From positions 81,840,001-81,904,000 of the forward strand of contig OX597823.1 of the NCBI GenBank assembly GCA_951406725.2: 64,000 nt of DNA. The letters are read 5' to 3'. The position numbers and the translations under genes are program-made. Source of the DNA: Octopus vulgaris (lineage: Eukaryota). How positions within the stretch are numbered: position 1 is the first letter of the stretch; every line of letters begins with the position of its first letter. Below, piece by piece: positions 37,188 through 50,892 of the stretch. Under the pieces are notes generated by a model. The model saw nothing but the letters and a program-made list of their open reading frames with translations. It did no database searches and was not told the origin of the DNA.

Positions 37188-38007
37188 TATGATGCATCTT
37201 TTTTTTTTTTTGTTCGACCATTCAAACTGAAAGCTCCGAAATATCTCGTCTGTCCTGCTTTTAATTTGTGTTAGATATAGTTCTGTACCCTACCTATAAA
37301 CTCCTGGATATGTTCAGCATTCTGGCCACTAACATAAGTAGGGGTATTTGGGCAGAGACTGTACGGGATCAGTGATGTCGGAGGTGCAGAGGCTACAGTA
37401 GAATCAGCAGAAAAGACAGCATGAAGAGATAGTACTTCTGTGGCGTAGAGGATGAAATATGAGTAGAGTTCTTCTCAACGCCCATCGGTCAGGCGGTGTC
37501 ATTTGGGGTAAGTTCTATAATGACTGTGTGTACAGCAGCAGCAGCAGCAGCAGCCGTTGAAGAATTTGGACCTGGAGATCTCCGTTTCCAGCGACTTCGA
37601 GGGTCACCTCCCAGTGGTGTCGGGCGTCAACGAAGAGCCCTCGACTACAACAAGATGACCAAAGTTTTTTTTTCCAAGGTTTGGGGTCTCCCGCCCCTAA
37701 GCCCTAGACCATTACCTAAACACCCCTACCCGTCTTGTTACTTAACAACAACAACAACAGCAGCAGCAGCAACATTCCACTTGTGAAAGCTGTTCACCAT
37801 TTTGGGTGGGGTTTTCTGGAGCCTACGGAAGAGAATCTGCATTGTCATTTGACCTACTGTATACTGCACCTAAATTTTCCTCTAGTCAAACCTGGCCGTT
37901 TTAAAAATGAAAGGAATGGATATTGGGTAATGTAGTCCAAATTAAGTCTAAAAAATAACTTCTTAACACATTTCCGAATCCATTCTTATGATTTACAAAA
38001 ATACACT

Positions 38008-38079
38008 TTCCCACGCCGGGAATCGAACCCGGGCCGCCTGGGTGAAAGCCAGGAATCCTAACCACTAGACCACATGGGA
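38008..38079 (-). tRNA. tRNA-Glu(TTC), U-G wobble variant
   Basis: 3' strand CGTGGGA, otherwise consensus. Confidence 0.93.
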
Positions 38080-38824
38080 CAGATGATTCTCATTTTCACT
38101 AATTATGTCTTCATCAAAAGTATATATTTTTCATCAACGATTGTCATTGTTGCGAGTTGCTGTTACATTATTTTCATTTATGAAGTTAGGCATGTAGAAT
38201 AAAGTATCTTCCTTAGAAGGGAAAACAAAACTGTGAAACTTAGCTGAAGTCATAAACTACGAGTTAATGTTGAGAAATTGATTGGATAAAAACAAAAGAA
38301 ATGTCTGAAATACTTTTGCCATTCAAGCGTTCCGAATCCGATAAATTATAATATCTACAGTGAAATAAATAAGAAATCCAGTCAACAAAAGTCTGTCTGT
38401 CTGACAGTTTGTTTGTTTGTATCTCTCTCTCTCCCCCTCTCTCTTTCACGACGAAAATCTCAAGCAAATATAAACTTATTAAATATTCACATTTCTCTAT
38501 ATCCTCCATAGATTATAAATAAAATCCGTGCGTCTGGAAATAAGCAACGCTAACACAGAATAGAAAAGCATGTTAAGTAGAAGATGAAAAAACAAAACAA
38601 AACAAAAGACAGCTCTTCCCCACCCACCAAAAACAACTTAATGTGTCTCCATGGCTCCATCTTGTGTGGACTGATTCATGGCCGGGATAAGACCCAAATA
38701 GGTCCTAAGCACTTAAAAGGATTCTAGAGTCATTATATATATGTAATTCAAAATATAAGCGATAATAAATTATGAAATATATTTTCATTTTTAAAAATGA
38801 AACAAAACTGATGAATTTTTTGTG

Positions 38825-39270
38825 GGAGTGGCTAGTCAATTACATCGACCCCGAAATGATGAAAGACAAAATCGATCCCGAAGGAATTTGAACCCTGAAT
38901 GTGTAGACGGACGAAATGTTAGAAAGCATTTGTCCGGCGAGTTGACGATTCTAACAGCTCCCGCCTTTAAAATAATAATCTTCTCTACTATAGGAACAAG
39001 GTCTGAAATTTTGTTGGGGTAGGACAGTCAATTACATCGACCCCTGTGATCGACTGATACTTCTTTCATCGACCCCGAAAGGATAAAAGGTAAAGTCGAC
39101 CTCAGTGCCATTTGAACTCAGAATATAAAAACATGAAATACTGCAAAGCATTTTGTCAGAAGAACTGACGATTCTGCTAGCTATCCGCCTTTAATATAAT
39201 AATACGAATCTCTAAATTTGGCCCAAGGCCGGCGATTTTAAGGGGTGGGGTTATCAATTACATCGGTCCT
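38825..39270 (-). mobile_element. Tandem decayed SINE family B fragments
   Basis: Repeated atcgaccccgaaa...aaagtcgacctc...gaatttgaactcagaa motifs; paralogous block ~40825-41225. Confidence 0.6.
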
Positions 39271-39793
39271 AGTATTTGAGAATCCGGAATAAACTTTTTA
39301 ATAATTTCCTAATACATACCTGCTATATAAGTAATAAGATATGACAAATTAAGAGAGAGGGGGAAAACAATATTTTGATTAAGAGTAATCAACGGTGAAC
39401 GAGTAGACTGGTGGCGAATGCTGCATTAAAATACAGTTTTCTGCGGAAATTGCCGAAACCGAACACGGGATCTAACGAATCATAAATCCATGTTGGAAGC
39501 AGCAGCTATGTCTCTATCAAACTTTCTCTTGAATAAGTGATAAAAAGTGGTCGTGTAATAATTTTTTAAAGTTAATTCGTAATTACTTGAAATAATCTCT
39601 TTTTCTTTGTGTCACAATCACCGCTAGGATTTCGTTTTCTTCGTCCAAATGGTAAATTTTAATTATTTAAGAATTTTACCTTTAATGTCGCATGAACTTA
39701 GGCAAATAAGTTACATTCACGAAGTGATTTAAACAAATTTCTTACGCCATTTTATTTAAATGAAAATAAATAAATAAATAAAAATAATAAGCG

Positions 39794-39865
39794 TTCCCAT
39801 GCCGGGAATCGAACCCGGGCCGCCTGGGTGAAAGCCAGGAATCCTAACCACTAGACCACATGGGA
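39794..39865 (-). tRNA. tRNA-Glu(TTC), consensus
   Basis: Identical to consensus. Confidence 0.96.
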
Positions 39866-40239
39866 GTGCTGGCTGTTAGTTCTAGTTCTCATAGTTATAG
39901 TTCCATCGGTATTTGTCACTGTTGCTGCCTGCTGTTACGCGATGTTCATTCATTGAGGTTTTTAGAGTAAAGTGTGTGATTCAGTAGCAAAACTATAATT
40001 ATGCAACATATCTAAAGTCACAAACAACCAGTAAATGTTGAGGATAGCATCCATCAAAGAGTCTGGAATTCCTAACCTCTTCATCAGTTCCGAATTTGAC
40101 ATTGTATTCACTTTAAACTGAAACCTCTCTCTCTGTCTGTCTGTCTCTCTCGTTTTGTCTCTTTCATCCTCTCTCTCCCTCCTTCGCTTTCCCCCCTGTC
40201 CCTCTCTCGCGATGAAAATAAACTTATTGAAGTCTTTTG

Positions 40240-40600
40240 TTCTTTCATTTGCTTCAGTCATTTGACTGCGGCCATGCTGAAGCACCACCTTCAGTCGAGC
40301 AAATCGACGCCAGGACTTATTCTTTGTAAGCCTAGTACTTATTCTATAGGTCTCTTTTGCCGAACCGCTAAGTTACAGAGGCGTAAACACACCCGCATGG
40401 GTTGTCAAACGATGTTGGGGAACAAACACACAAACACACACGCACACACAAATATATATACGACAGGCTTCTTTCAGTTTCCGTCTACCAAGTCCACTCA
40501 CAAGGCTTTGGTCGGCCCGAGGCTATAGTAGAAGACACTTGCCCAAGGTGTCACGCAGTGGGACTGAACCCGTAACCATGTGGTTCGTAAGCAAGCTACT
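40240..40600 (-). mobile_element. SINE family A
   Basis: Collinear with 29791-30206. Confidence 0.85.
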
Positions 40601-41269
40601 TGCTCCCCACCACCAAAAACAAAACTTAATGTGTCCACATGGCTCCATCTTGTGTGAACCTGAAATCCTAATTCAGGGTCGGGTTAAGACCCAAATAGGC
40701 CCTAAACACTTAAAGGTTTCTGGAGCCATTATATATATATGTAATTCAAAATATAAAAAATAATAAATCATAAAATGTATTTTTATTTTCCAAAACGAAT
40801 GAAGACTGACATATCTTTTGTTGGGTGGCTAGTCGATTACATCGACCCCGAAACAAGGAACAGCAAAGTCGGCCTCAACGGAATTCGAACCTAGAACGTA
40901 TAGACGGACGAAACGCTACAAAGCAATTTTGTTCGGCATGCTGACGATTTGGCCATCTCACCGTCATTTAAAATGCTAATAATCTTTTCCATCTATAGGC
41001 ACATGTCTGAAATTTTGGCTAGAGGGAGAGTCAACGACATCGACCCCAGTAATCAACTGGAAATCATTTTATTGACTCCGATGGAATTTGAACCCAGGAC
41101 GTGTGGACGGAATGTTGAATCCAGAACATAAAAATAGACGAAATGCTGCAAAGGATTTTGTCCGGAGTGTTGACGATTCTTTTCTACTTTTGGTACAAGG
41201 CCCGAAATTTTGGGGGAGGGGGCAAAAGGAAAAACAAATCCGCGAGCGAGCGCGGAAGGCAGGTGAGAC

Positions 41270-41710
41270 CTCACTACGCAACTGGTACTTAATTTATCGA
41301 CCTCGAAAGAATGAAAGGCAAAGTCGACCTCGGAGGAATTTGAACTCAGAACGTAACGGCAGACAAAATACCTATTTCTTTACTACCCTCAGGGGGCTAA
41401 ACACAGAGAGGACAAACAAGGAAAGACAAACGGATTAAGTCGATTAGATCGACTCCAGTGCGTAACTGGTACTTAATTTATCGACCCCGAAAGGATAAAA
41501 GGCAAATTCGACCTCGGCGGAATTTGAACTCAGAACGTAGCGGCAGACGAAATACCGCTAAGCATTTCGCCCGGCGTGCTAACGTTTCTGCCAGCTCACC
41601 GCCTTTTAAAAACATATTCTTTCTGCTCTAGGCACAAGGCCCAATATTCCGGAGGAGGAGGGCCAGTCGATCAGATCGACCTCAGTATGCAACTGGTACT
41701 TAATTTATCG
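41270..41710 (-). mobile_element. Nested/tandem tRNA-derived SINE family B
   Basis: Reverse complement of ggcggtgagctggcagaaacgttagcacgccggg...gagttcaaattccgccgaggtcg...cctttcggggtcgataaa. Confidence 0.8.
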
Positions 41711-42365
41711 ACTTAATTTATCAATTTAATTTATCGATTTAAGAGATCAAAAGGTTGCGCTGGTGTGTGATAGTCAGGTTTTTCTCAGGCTACAAAGAAC
41801 CATATCGTGGCCTGAGAGAAGAGTTTTCTCCACTGCAGTATCATGGATAGTGTTTGTATGGTTACTTAACTCTAAGTCCAGGGCGTTTTTGGAGCACGAG
41901 TTGAGACAGGAAGAATTCGTCTATGAATTTGAACAGTGATTCCACTACTGCTTTCTCCGGGTGTTGAAATGCACACACCTGTTTTCAGTGTATGTGTAGT
42001 CCAGTCACGGGATACTGAAATCACCCATTATTAAAATGCTGGCAATTCATTGGTTAAAATTCAAAGAATTAAACTACGTTGAACTTACAAATTACAATTT
42101 TCTCAAAAAAGCCAAGTGAAAATAATGTTTTCTTTTGACACATTCTACCAGTATACGAAGTTTCAAATTGTTTAGTTAACTAGAAATTGTGTTGAATACC
42201 GTCCATCAAAAGGAAAAGATCCAGAAGCCAGGTCTGACCAGTTTCAAAAAGTTAAATATTAAATATCTTGGCCTGCTAAGGAAAATAAGCTAAATTCACG
42301 AATTATTTAAAACAATTTCTTTGGCCATTTTATTTCAGTAAAGAAGAAAAAACAAAAATCTAGCG

Positions 42366-42437
42366 TTCCCATGCCGGGAATCGAACCCGGGCCGCCTGGG
42401 TGAAAGCCAGGAATCCTAACCACTAGACCACATGGGA
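42366..42437 (-). tRNA. tRNA-Glu(TTC), consensus
   Basis: Identical to consensus. Confidence 0.96.
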
Positions 42438-42742
42438 GAGCTGCCTGTCAATGCTCATAGTTATAATCTTATCAAAAGTATTTCATTTTCATCGATAGTT
42501 GTCATTGCTGCTGACTGCTGTTAAGCTATTGCCATTCATCGAGTGAGGCATTTCGAATAAAGTGTCTTGCTCAGAAAAACTAACACAACAATGCAACATG
42601 TTTAAAGTGATAAACGAGTATTTAACGAGTAATGGATCTATCAATTTCGAATCCGACATTGTATTTACTTTAAAATGAAAACCCTCTCTCTGTGCCTGTC
42701 TCTATCTGTCTCTCACATCCTATTTCCTTCCTTCTCATTCTT

Positions 42743-42813
<71 letters not shown>

Positions 42814-42912
42814 GAAAGTCTCAAACAAGAGTAAACTTATTAAAAATTCGGACTTCTATTTCCTCTAAAGATTATTAATAAAATCTATTCATTTTGTATT
42901 AAAAAAAGTAAG

Positions 42913-43215
42913 GTTACTATTTAAGAAGACTGGTCCCGGTGCGCGCACTCGCATACTCGCGCATCTGCGCTAGCTAGTCGTGACTAGTCGATCCTTAATT
43001 TGTGTTTTTCAGTTTTATTTACTTTGTTTTTAAACATTATTTACTTTGTGTTTTTGTGTGTTATTTACTTTGTTTTAAAAAAATTATTTACTTTCTGTAA
43101 AAAAATGATTTACTTTGCTAGGTAGTCGTTGTAGGATCGACTAGTCGCGACTAGGTAGCGCGGATGCGCGAGTACGCGAGTGCGTGCACCGGGACCACTC
43201 TTCTTAAATAGTACC
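42913..43215. mobile_element. MITE, same family as 5667-5896
   Basis: Shared TIRs; flanks AAAAGTAAG / TAAAGCAAG may be a decayed 9-bp TSD. Confidence 0.82.
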
Positions 43216-43794
43216 TAAAGCAAGTGGATCTTTTCTGTTTGGCTCACACGGTTTGAAATGTTAGAATTAATTTTTAAGATTTTCAAATGAGGTATATTTA
43301 TATAATTTTTCACGATGAATCTGATATTTATTCACTTGTTCTAGAAAACTATCAAAGCAAACTCAGAATGGGAAAACATGTTAAGTACATGATAAGAAAA
43401 CAACAACCTGAAATAGAAGCAAAACGGAATAAAAACAACTTAATGTGTCTTCAAGATTCCATGTTGTCCCGAGAGGAGGAAAGTCAAAATTGATCATGGT
43501 AGGATTGAACTTAAATATAAAGAGAGCGAAAGAAGGTGAGAGAGTTTTTGGCCATTAATTGTTTGGATAATCTCAGTATTTGTAATTAGTATTAGGGATT
43601 TTCCCCTTCGGCGGATTGTTTTCAAAAGATTCGCATGCCAAAGTACAGTGTCACTGTTTTCACCAAATGTAATGAGAAAGTCCCGACTTAGAAAAATTTT
43701 ATTTGGGAACAGAATAAGAAAGTTGTAATGTTGGTAATGAGAACGATAGACCGCTTTGAAATAGCATGAAACACCGTCTTCACAAAATATAAAA

Positions 43795-44159
43795 TCTCTC
43801 TGTATATAAATCTGAAGTTGTCTGTGTATGGCCGGTTTGGTAGCCTTCAACTAACACTTTCTCCTCCGAGACCCTGCGGCGCAAATTGACCAAAATTGAG
43901 AGTATGATAGAAGAAGGCTTGCTCTTCCTTCCGTAGAAGATAAAATTCAAATCGGACCATGTTAACACCAAAAATTATTTACGTCAAAAAGGTGATTTTT
44001 TCTATGAAAATCCCTATTTTTTATGATTTTTTGACTGCTGTATCGCCATTTTTCGATGTATTTCAACCAGAAAAATGTTCACTTAAAGAGAATACTTTTC
44101 AAAAATTCCAATTCTAAAGAGTCGAAACAAACCTGAGAAACGCCGGGCGATGCTGCTAG
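43795..44159 (+). mobile_element. Non-autonomous Helitron-type element
   Basis: A|TC...subterminal GC hairpin...CTAG|T, no TSD; second copy 58891-59236 on minus strand. Confidence 0.8.
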
Positions 44160-44269
44160 TAACTAAATAAATATAAGGCCGTAAGCAGCGTTTCACAATT
44201 CATCAACCGGGGAGCAAAGAGCATTACATTACATAAATACATAATCGTAGGCAAGAGGTCCTCAACTTT

Positions 44270-44341
44270 TTCCATGTTGCCTGGTGGTTTGGATATCTGG
44301 CTTTCAACCCGGCGTCATGTGTTCGATTTTCAGTGTAGGAA
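44270..44341 (+). pseudogene. tRNA-Glu(TTC) pseudogene
   Basis: Positional paralogue of 37115-37187; many mismatches. Confidence 0.65.
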
Positions 44342-44892
44342 CTCAATATATACATATCTTTTTTTTTTGGTTCATTTCGAACTAAAAATCCGAGATAATT
44401 TATTTGTCATGGTTTCTAATTTGTATCAGATATAGCTCTCTACTTTATCTGAACTGGATGTGTTAAGCATTATGGCCAGTAGCATAACTAGGGGTACCTG
44501 CGCAAAGGATTAACGAGATTAGCCATATCGGAGGAGCAATGGCGTCATTTGGGGTGCGTTTTATAATGACTACATACAGCTCCAGCAACATTCCACTTGT
44601 GAAAGCAATGCTCCATTTTTGGGTGAAGTTTTCTGGAGCCCACGAAAGAGACATAACGTAGACACTTGACCAGTTAGATACTGCTCCCAAATTTCCTTCA
44701 AACGAAACTTGGCCTCTTTAGAAAAAAGAAAAAAATGAATGGAATGTACTTTGGATAAAGTAGCCCTAAATAACTCCTTTATTACATGAAATGACTCCTT
44801 TATTTCATGAATTTGGATAAGTTATACCGAAGATTGAATGTAAATACATTTCCGAGCTCACTTTTATAATTATAAAAAAAAAAAAAACGAAG

Positions 44893-44964
44893 TTCCTATG
44901 CCGGGAATCGAACCCGGGCCGCCTGGGTAAAAGCGACAAATCCTAACTTTTAGATCACATGGGA
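44893..44964 (-). pseudogene. tRNA-Glu-derived pseudogene, anticodon position TTT
   Basis: 3' half near consensus, D- and anticodon stems broken. Confidence 0.8.
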
Positions 44965-45277
44965 ATGCTGCCTGTCCGGCTCACCACTTGTCTTTATCTT
45001 TCATCAGTAGTTGTCAGTGTTGCTAGTACATCATTTTCGTTTATGAAGTTAGACGTGTGTAATAATGTGTCCTGCTTAGGAATGAAAATAAAACTGTGAA
45101 ACATAGGTGAAGTCATAAACTAGAAGTTAATGTTCGGAAATGGATACGCTCAGACCTTACTGGCAATTCGCATTTTGTGAGTTCAGATTTGTTCTTGTGT
45201 TTTACTTTACTGTCTAGGAAAAATCCCCTCTTTCCTCATGAGTGAATATACAGGGGTAGGCAAAAGTAGGTAAAGTA

Positions 45278-45333
45278 TTCTCACGCCAGGAATCGGTGAA
45301 AGCCAGGAATCCTTACTATTAGACTACATGGAA
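45278..45333 (-). pseudogene. Internally deleted tRNA-Glu pseudogene
   Basis: About 16 nt of the T-arm/variable region missing. Confidence 0.7.
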
Positions 45334-45744
45334 AAATGGCTATTTGTTCTTTTAAATAAGATTTTACCGATAGTGTTGCTGCTACACGAATATTGTATTA
45401 TATTCGCCCAACGAAAAGAAAAGTAAAACCTAAGGACCAGACTTGAACTCTCCAACTAGGAGTTAGCAGTAAGTTCTGGGTACATAGAAACTGTGTGAAA
45501 ACACATGTCTGGAAAATCATCAGTTTCACACCTAGAATTTCAAATCACGGAAAGAAATTGACATCAACAAATAAAACACACACACATATACTCATATGTT
45601 TTCTTAAAAAAAAAGCAAAAAAAACCCAAAAACATAACATATCTAATATTCAAATTTCTGCAATTCTTGAAAAACAGAAACGGAGTTAACAGTTCTCTCA
45701 GGTGTACATAAACAAAACAAAATTTTTCTGAAACTGAATATAAA

Positions 45745-45757
45745 CACGCACACACAC

Positions 45758-45837
<80 letters not shown>

Positions 45838-45887
45838 ATAATATTCATATATGTATGTATAGTATATGTATATGTGTAATACATATA

Positions 45888-45921
<34 letters not shown>

Positions 45922-45961
45922 ATTTCTTTCTTGCTTATACATATATGTATGTATGTATGTT

Positions 45962-45998
<37 letters not shown>

Positions 45999-46114
45999 CA
46001 CGCGTACAGACATACATACATAATAAAACATATATATAAGTTATCTATTTATTTGTATGTATATGTATGTTGTATTATAGATATATATGTATGCTTTATA
46101 AATGTGTGTGTACC

Positions 46115-46162
<48 letters not shown>

Positions 46163-46253
46163 TGTGTGTGCACATAGATACATACATAGATACATACATA
46201 CATACATACATACATACATACATACATACATACATACATACATACATACATAC
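45745..46253. repeat. Compound (TA)n/(TG)n/(TACA)n microsatellite block
   Basis: Direct inspection. Confidence 0.95.
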
Positions 46254-46689
46254 AGAGAAACTAAAGAAATTGATTTGGAGCTCAATGGCTGGCCGCCTGG
46301 CTAAATATGTTTGCCCGCTGTGGAGTTCATATTACTAAAAGGAAAAAAAAACCCCAAAACATTTGATTTTTCATATTGATATTTGTTACAACTAGCGATT
46401 GTTGTTATGTCATTTTCACCAACACCACTTATATCATTATCGTTTGTTTTTTAATCCCCTGACGGTCATAGACAAGATGTTCAACGTTCTAATGTCTTTC
46501 AACCCTGGCCGAACTCATTATCATATTTCAGATATGTTGTATATCGGACTAGATTTTGTTTTCATTGCGTCATTTCCTACTTTTTTTTGCTTAGTTTTGA
46601 GGAGGAGAAATTTTGATTACGTGTCTTCCCTGCTGTTCGATTAACAAATGTATTATATTACACAAACATAGTTTTCATGAAGTTTGATG

Positions 46690-46692
46690 TAA

Positions 46693-46723
<31 letters not shown>

Positions 46724-47005
46724 ATGAAGAAATAAAATTAAAAACTAAATAAAGATAAAAATTACAATTAAAAATAGAAACTAAATAAAAATAAACAATA
46801 AACAGAAATTAAACAAATATAAAAATAAGAAGTAAATAAATAAAAACTAAATGAAAGTAAATAAAAAAACTAAATGAAAATAAAAGATAAATAACAAAAG
46901 AAACTAAATAAAAATTAAATATAATTAAAAATAGAAACTGAATAAAAACAAAAACAAAATAAAAATGAAAAATAAATAAAAATAACTTATAAAAGAAAGT
47001 AAATA
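46690..47005. repeat. A-rich low-complexity (AAAT-like) tract
   Basis: Direct inspection. Confidence 0.85.
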
Positions 47006-49109
47006 GTTTGAAATATTGCGGTGTTGAAATTATAGAAGCGGAAAATAGAAATGTTAGCTTTAACTTCTTGAAAATTCCGTTTCTAGAGTAAAGTTTGGAT
47101 AAGTTGTCGGACATATTTCTTTTCGAAGTTATTCATTGAAAGATCTCCGTCTGGTTGGACTGAAGCGGCTGATGTTATGCTCATTTAAAGCATTTATATA
47201 TCAGTGGTGTTGTTAGTGTACTCCTTGGGACAGCCCTTGAGTTTTCTTTTCCACCCCATCTTTCAGATCCTCACGGCTTATACAGGCTTATACAGCAGAC
47301 CCCAAAAGCTCCCATCCCTTATAAAAAGCATCAACCAGGGCAGACCCCCCCTCATCCCTCGCTGTTTGAAGAAAAAATGTGGGCAAAAGGTAAGTTGCAA
47401 GGGTCACAGTTCTAAAGCGGGAGAAGTCTTCTGTAGTGTTTCCTGCAGGGTAAGACACTTAAAGTAAACAAAAGGCGGTGGTGAAGCAACAATGTTGAGA
47501 GGGTGTGTAAAGTAGGATGGTTATATCATCAATTTCAGAAATCAGTTGTGAACAGTGATATAAATTACAGATAGGCGAAACAGTACTTCTTTGAGTAGGG
47601 TTTGTTATATGTTGATGAGTGAATCTTTGGCAATAAGCCCCACGGTATTCCGGGGAATGATGTCTGAGATGTTTGTAATCGTAGCAAGAAAATGTTAGTT
47701 TTATGTATATATATAAAAAAAAATGAAAATTCATAAATATATAAATGTGGGGTGTTTCCTTAAAACACTTGTATCTAAGGGCTTGGTGACATCACCATAG
47801 CTCCCGGTCAAGTCAATTTACTGGGGTCACAGAGTGCACAACCACAGCATACCATGGATTTGCATTTGGTCCCTAGACTTATGAGGCCTCTGGGTGTGTA
47901 CCTGTATATATATATATATCCAGCGAACCCACACCTTACGATAGTTCTGTTTGTATCCCTCAAAAATAGTAATCCCTTATCTTCCCTTAAGAAATGCTGG
48001 TAGTTGTGTTGCACAAAATTCTTGACATGCTAAAACCAACAATGAGTTTTGATTTAATGCTATAATCGATTCACTTCACTTCACTTATAACTCTAATAAC
48101 CTTAGAGCAGCAGGAGTGTTCCCAGTGATCATGTCTCACATTACTGCTTCGGCTGTAGCAATTCAACCAAATTATGTTGATTTGTTGGTATTCATTTAAC
48201 CTACTCTATTTGGAATTAAGATTAGTTGTTCAAATGGAATTTGAAATTAGAACGTAATGGAATAAATTGAAAAACTGAAGAGCATTTAATCCGACGCTTC
48301 AACTTTTCTGATAATTTATGGTCCTTCCTCCTATCATCATATGTAATTGCTGTTCTTGTTGTTGTTTAGTGTCTAGTCAATCCTGACTAATAAAACCCAC
48401 GAGGGAAGTATTGACCATCTGTATTTCTTACTCAGAGAACATGCTTCTCGGACAACATTATCAAATGAATTATTTGATAATGTTGTCCTAGATTGGCTTG
48501 TCTTTAAAACACAGCACGAATCTATGTGAAGAAGATTTAGTTGATATTTCTAGTTGATATTTCTAGAGAGCACATAACACTTCCCTCGTTGCTTCGTTCT
48601 ACCGTTATGTTAAATAAGATATGGCTAGTGTAGTAGAACAACTGATAAGTTCACAACTGACCGAAACGAAATACAGCTTAATTCTACAGATGAATGGACT
48701 TCACTTTAATTATATTAAGAAAAGTTTTGAGAATGCATGTACCTCACAACATCTTTTATCCCTTCCAAACAAAGTCAATCCAGCAAAGAAACAAAATTTA
48801 TGAAATGTGATTATGTTAATGTTCATATTTACCATTGGAAATATTCTTGTTAAAATCGACGAAATCAGCGAAAAACATATTTAAACGTTATCAATAAAGA
48901 AATGAAAAGCTTACCATAAAAATAATCTTTGTGTTCATTTCGACGACAAGAGAGTCGCGACTTTCGATATGTTGGCAACGGAGGCATTCGATTCGCGAAA
49001 ATTACAAAACTTTGGATGCTTGTAACTTCTTTATTAAATTCTAAATAAAAATTAATACGATTTTTCACATCAACATGCAATATATAAATATAGAGGGAGT
49101 AAAAAACAG

Positions 49110-49181
49110 TTCCCATGCCGGGAATCGAACCCGGGCCGCCTGGGTGAAAGCCAGGAATCCTAGCCACTAGACCACATGAGA
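49110..49181 (-). tRNA. tRNA-Glu(TTC) variant
   Basis: 5' TCTCATG (U-G pair), D-loop GGCTA. Confidence 0.87.
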
Positions 49182-50014
49182 AACCTGAATAACGATACTT
49201 TTAATAAACATATGTTGCATCATTGACTGTGATTGCTGTTCATTGCTGATTGTTAGATTATTTTTACTCATGAACTGAAACGTCGAATAAAGTGTTTTTC
49301 ACAGAAACAAAACTAAAATCTTACAATAGATTTAACCTCACAAACTAGAAAGTGGTAATGACCTCTTGTAATGTATCAAATGGTCCGCAACATAACATTC
49401 AGTCATTAATTCACATCCAAGGTTTCAATTTATCAACAAATAACAAAGCTAGAAAAATCAGCATGATCATGTTAAATTTATTATAACGACTTGAAATTTT
49501 TCCAAGTTTCACCAAGTATGCTTTTAAAAAATACAGTTCTGATGTGGTTTTGCATGCTGATGTGGAAAATCATATTACTTTTTGTCTAGAAATTAATAAA
49601 GAAGTTACAAGCATCCAAACTTTTGTAATTTTCGCGAATCGAATGCCTCCGTTGCCAACATATCGAAAGTCGCGACTCTCTTGTCGTTGAAATGGACACA
49701 AAGATAAAACAAACGAGGACGAAACTTTCGCGCGTTTTCTCGACCTGCTAGAAATACCTCACAGATTTGGTGTTGATAAGATTTAGATCTACCGCATTAT
49801 CCGACATACTTTCACCAATCACCAGTTCCCGAGCAAAGAAGGTAAATGACGAATAGAAAAGAGGGTCTTCTTATTCCTATTTTCCCAACGGAATATAAAT
49901 GTGTAAATCGATGATGTGAGATAAAAACACTTGAAATTTACTAATGAATAACACAATAAGTTTGCATTAAAAATACTATTACAATTCTTGATATGCAAAA
50001 AAAAAAAAAAAAAA

Positions 50015-50086
50015 TTCCCACGCCGGGAATCGAACCCGGGTCACCTGGGTGAGAGCCATAAATCCTAACCACTAGACTACATGGGA
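50015..50086 (-). pseudogene. tRNA-Glu(CTC), probable pseudogene
   Basis: Full length, anticodon loop CTCTCAC, but anticodon- and D-stem mismatches. Confidence 0.75.
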
Positions 50087-50214
50087 ACACGGTGTGACAA
50101 ATGTAACTGTTACTGTGATATAACTAATTAATAACTATTTTTCTGTTTCTCGTTGTCGTTAGTTAGTACATTGTGTTTGCCTCTAGAAATCAAGTACACT
50201 AACGAAAAGGCAAA

Positions 50215-50333
50215 GGTGCAGGTGTGACTGTGTGATAACAAGTTTGCTTCCCAACCACATGGTTTCGAGTTCAATCTTACCTTGAGCAAGTGTGAGTGGA
50301 TTTTGTAGACAGAAGTTGAAAGAAGCCTGTCGT

Positions 50334-50369
<36 letters not shown>

Positions 50370-50600
50370 ATGTGTGTGTATGTGTGTGTGTGTGTGCGTT
50401 TGTCGCCCACTACCGGTTGACAACTGGTGTTAGCGTTTCTACATATCCGTAACTTGGCGGTTCGGCAAAAGGGAAGGATAGAATAGGTATCAGGCTAAAT
50501 AAAAAAAAAGTACTGGGGTTAACTCGTTCAACGAAGATCCTTCAAGGCGGCGTCCCCAGCACGACCACAGTCTAACGATTGAAACAAGTAAGAGATAAAA
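50215..50600 (+). mobile_element. Diverged SINE family A
   Basis: Collinear with 33187-33605 with an internal deletion. Confidence 0.75.
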
Positions 50601-50822
50601 GATATCTCCATTGCTGGAAGAAAATTCTGCAAGAAATTTCACTTTAATTAGAAAAGATTGTTGGAAAGGCATGAATACCGCAATACTTTTATTCCTTCAA
50701 GATGAAATGAAATCAGGTTGCATACGGAAGTGATCAAAAGAGAAAATCCTTTTGATATTTGCAATGCAAAATGAAAGAATAGAACCGTACAATAATACCA
50801 TTTGCAAAACAAAAACTAGCGG

Positions 50823-50892
50823 TTTCCATACCGGGAATCGAACCTGGGCCGCCTGCCTAAAAGTCAGGAATCTTAGCCATATTCCCATGTGG
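50823..50892 (-). pseudogene. tRNA-Glu-derived pseudogene, anticodon position TTT
   Basis: B box retained, 5' half decayed. Confidence 0.65.

Noticed and set aside
47030-48020. Possible decayed L1/Tx1-like LINE on the minus strand next to the A-rich tract
   Set aside because: Too degraded to support by eye; needs a translated search
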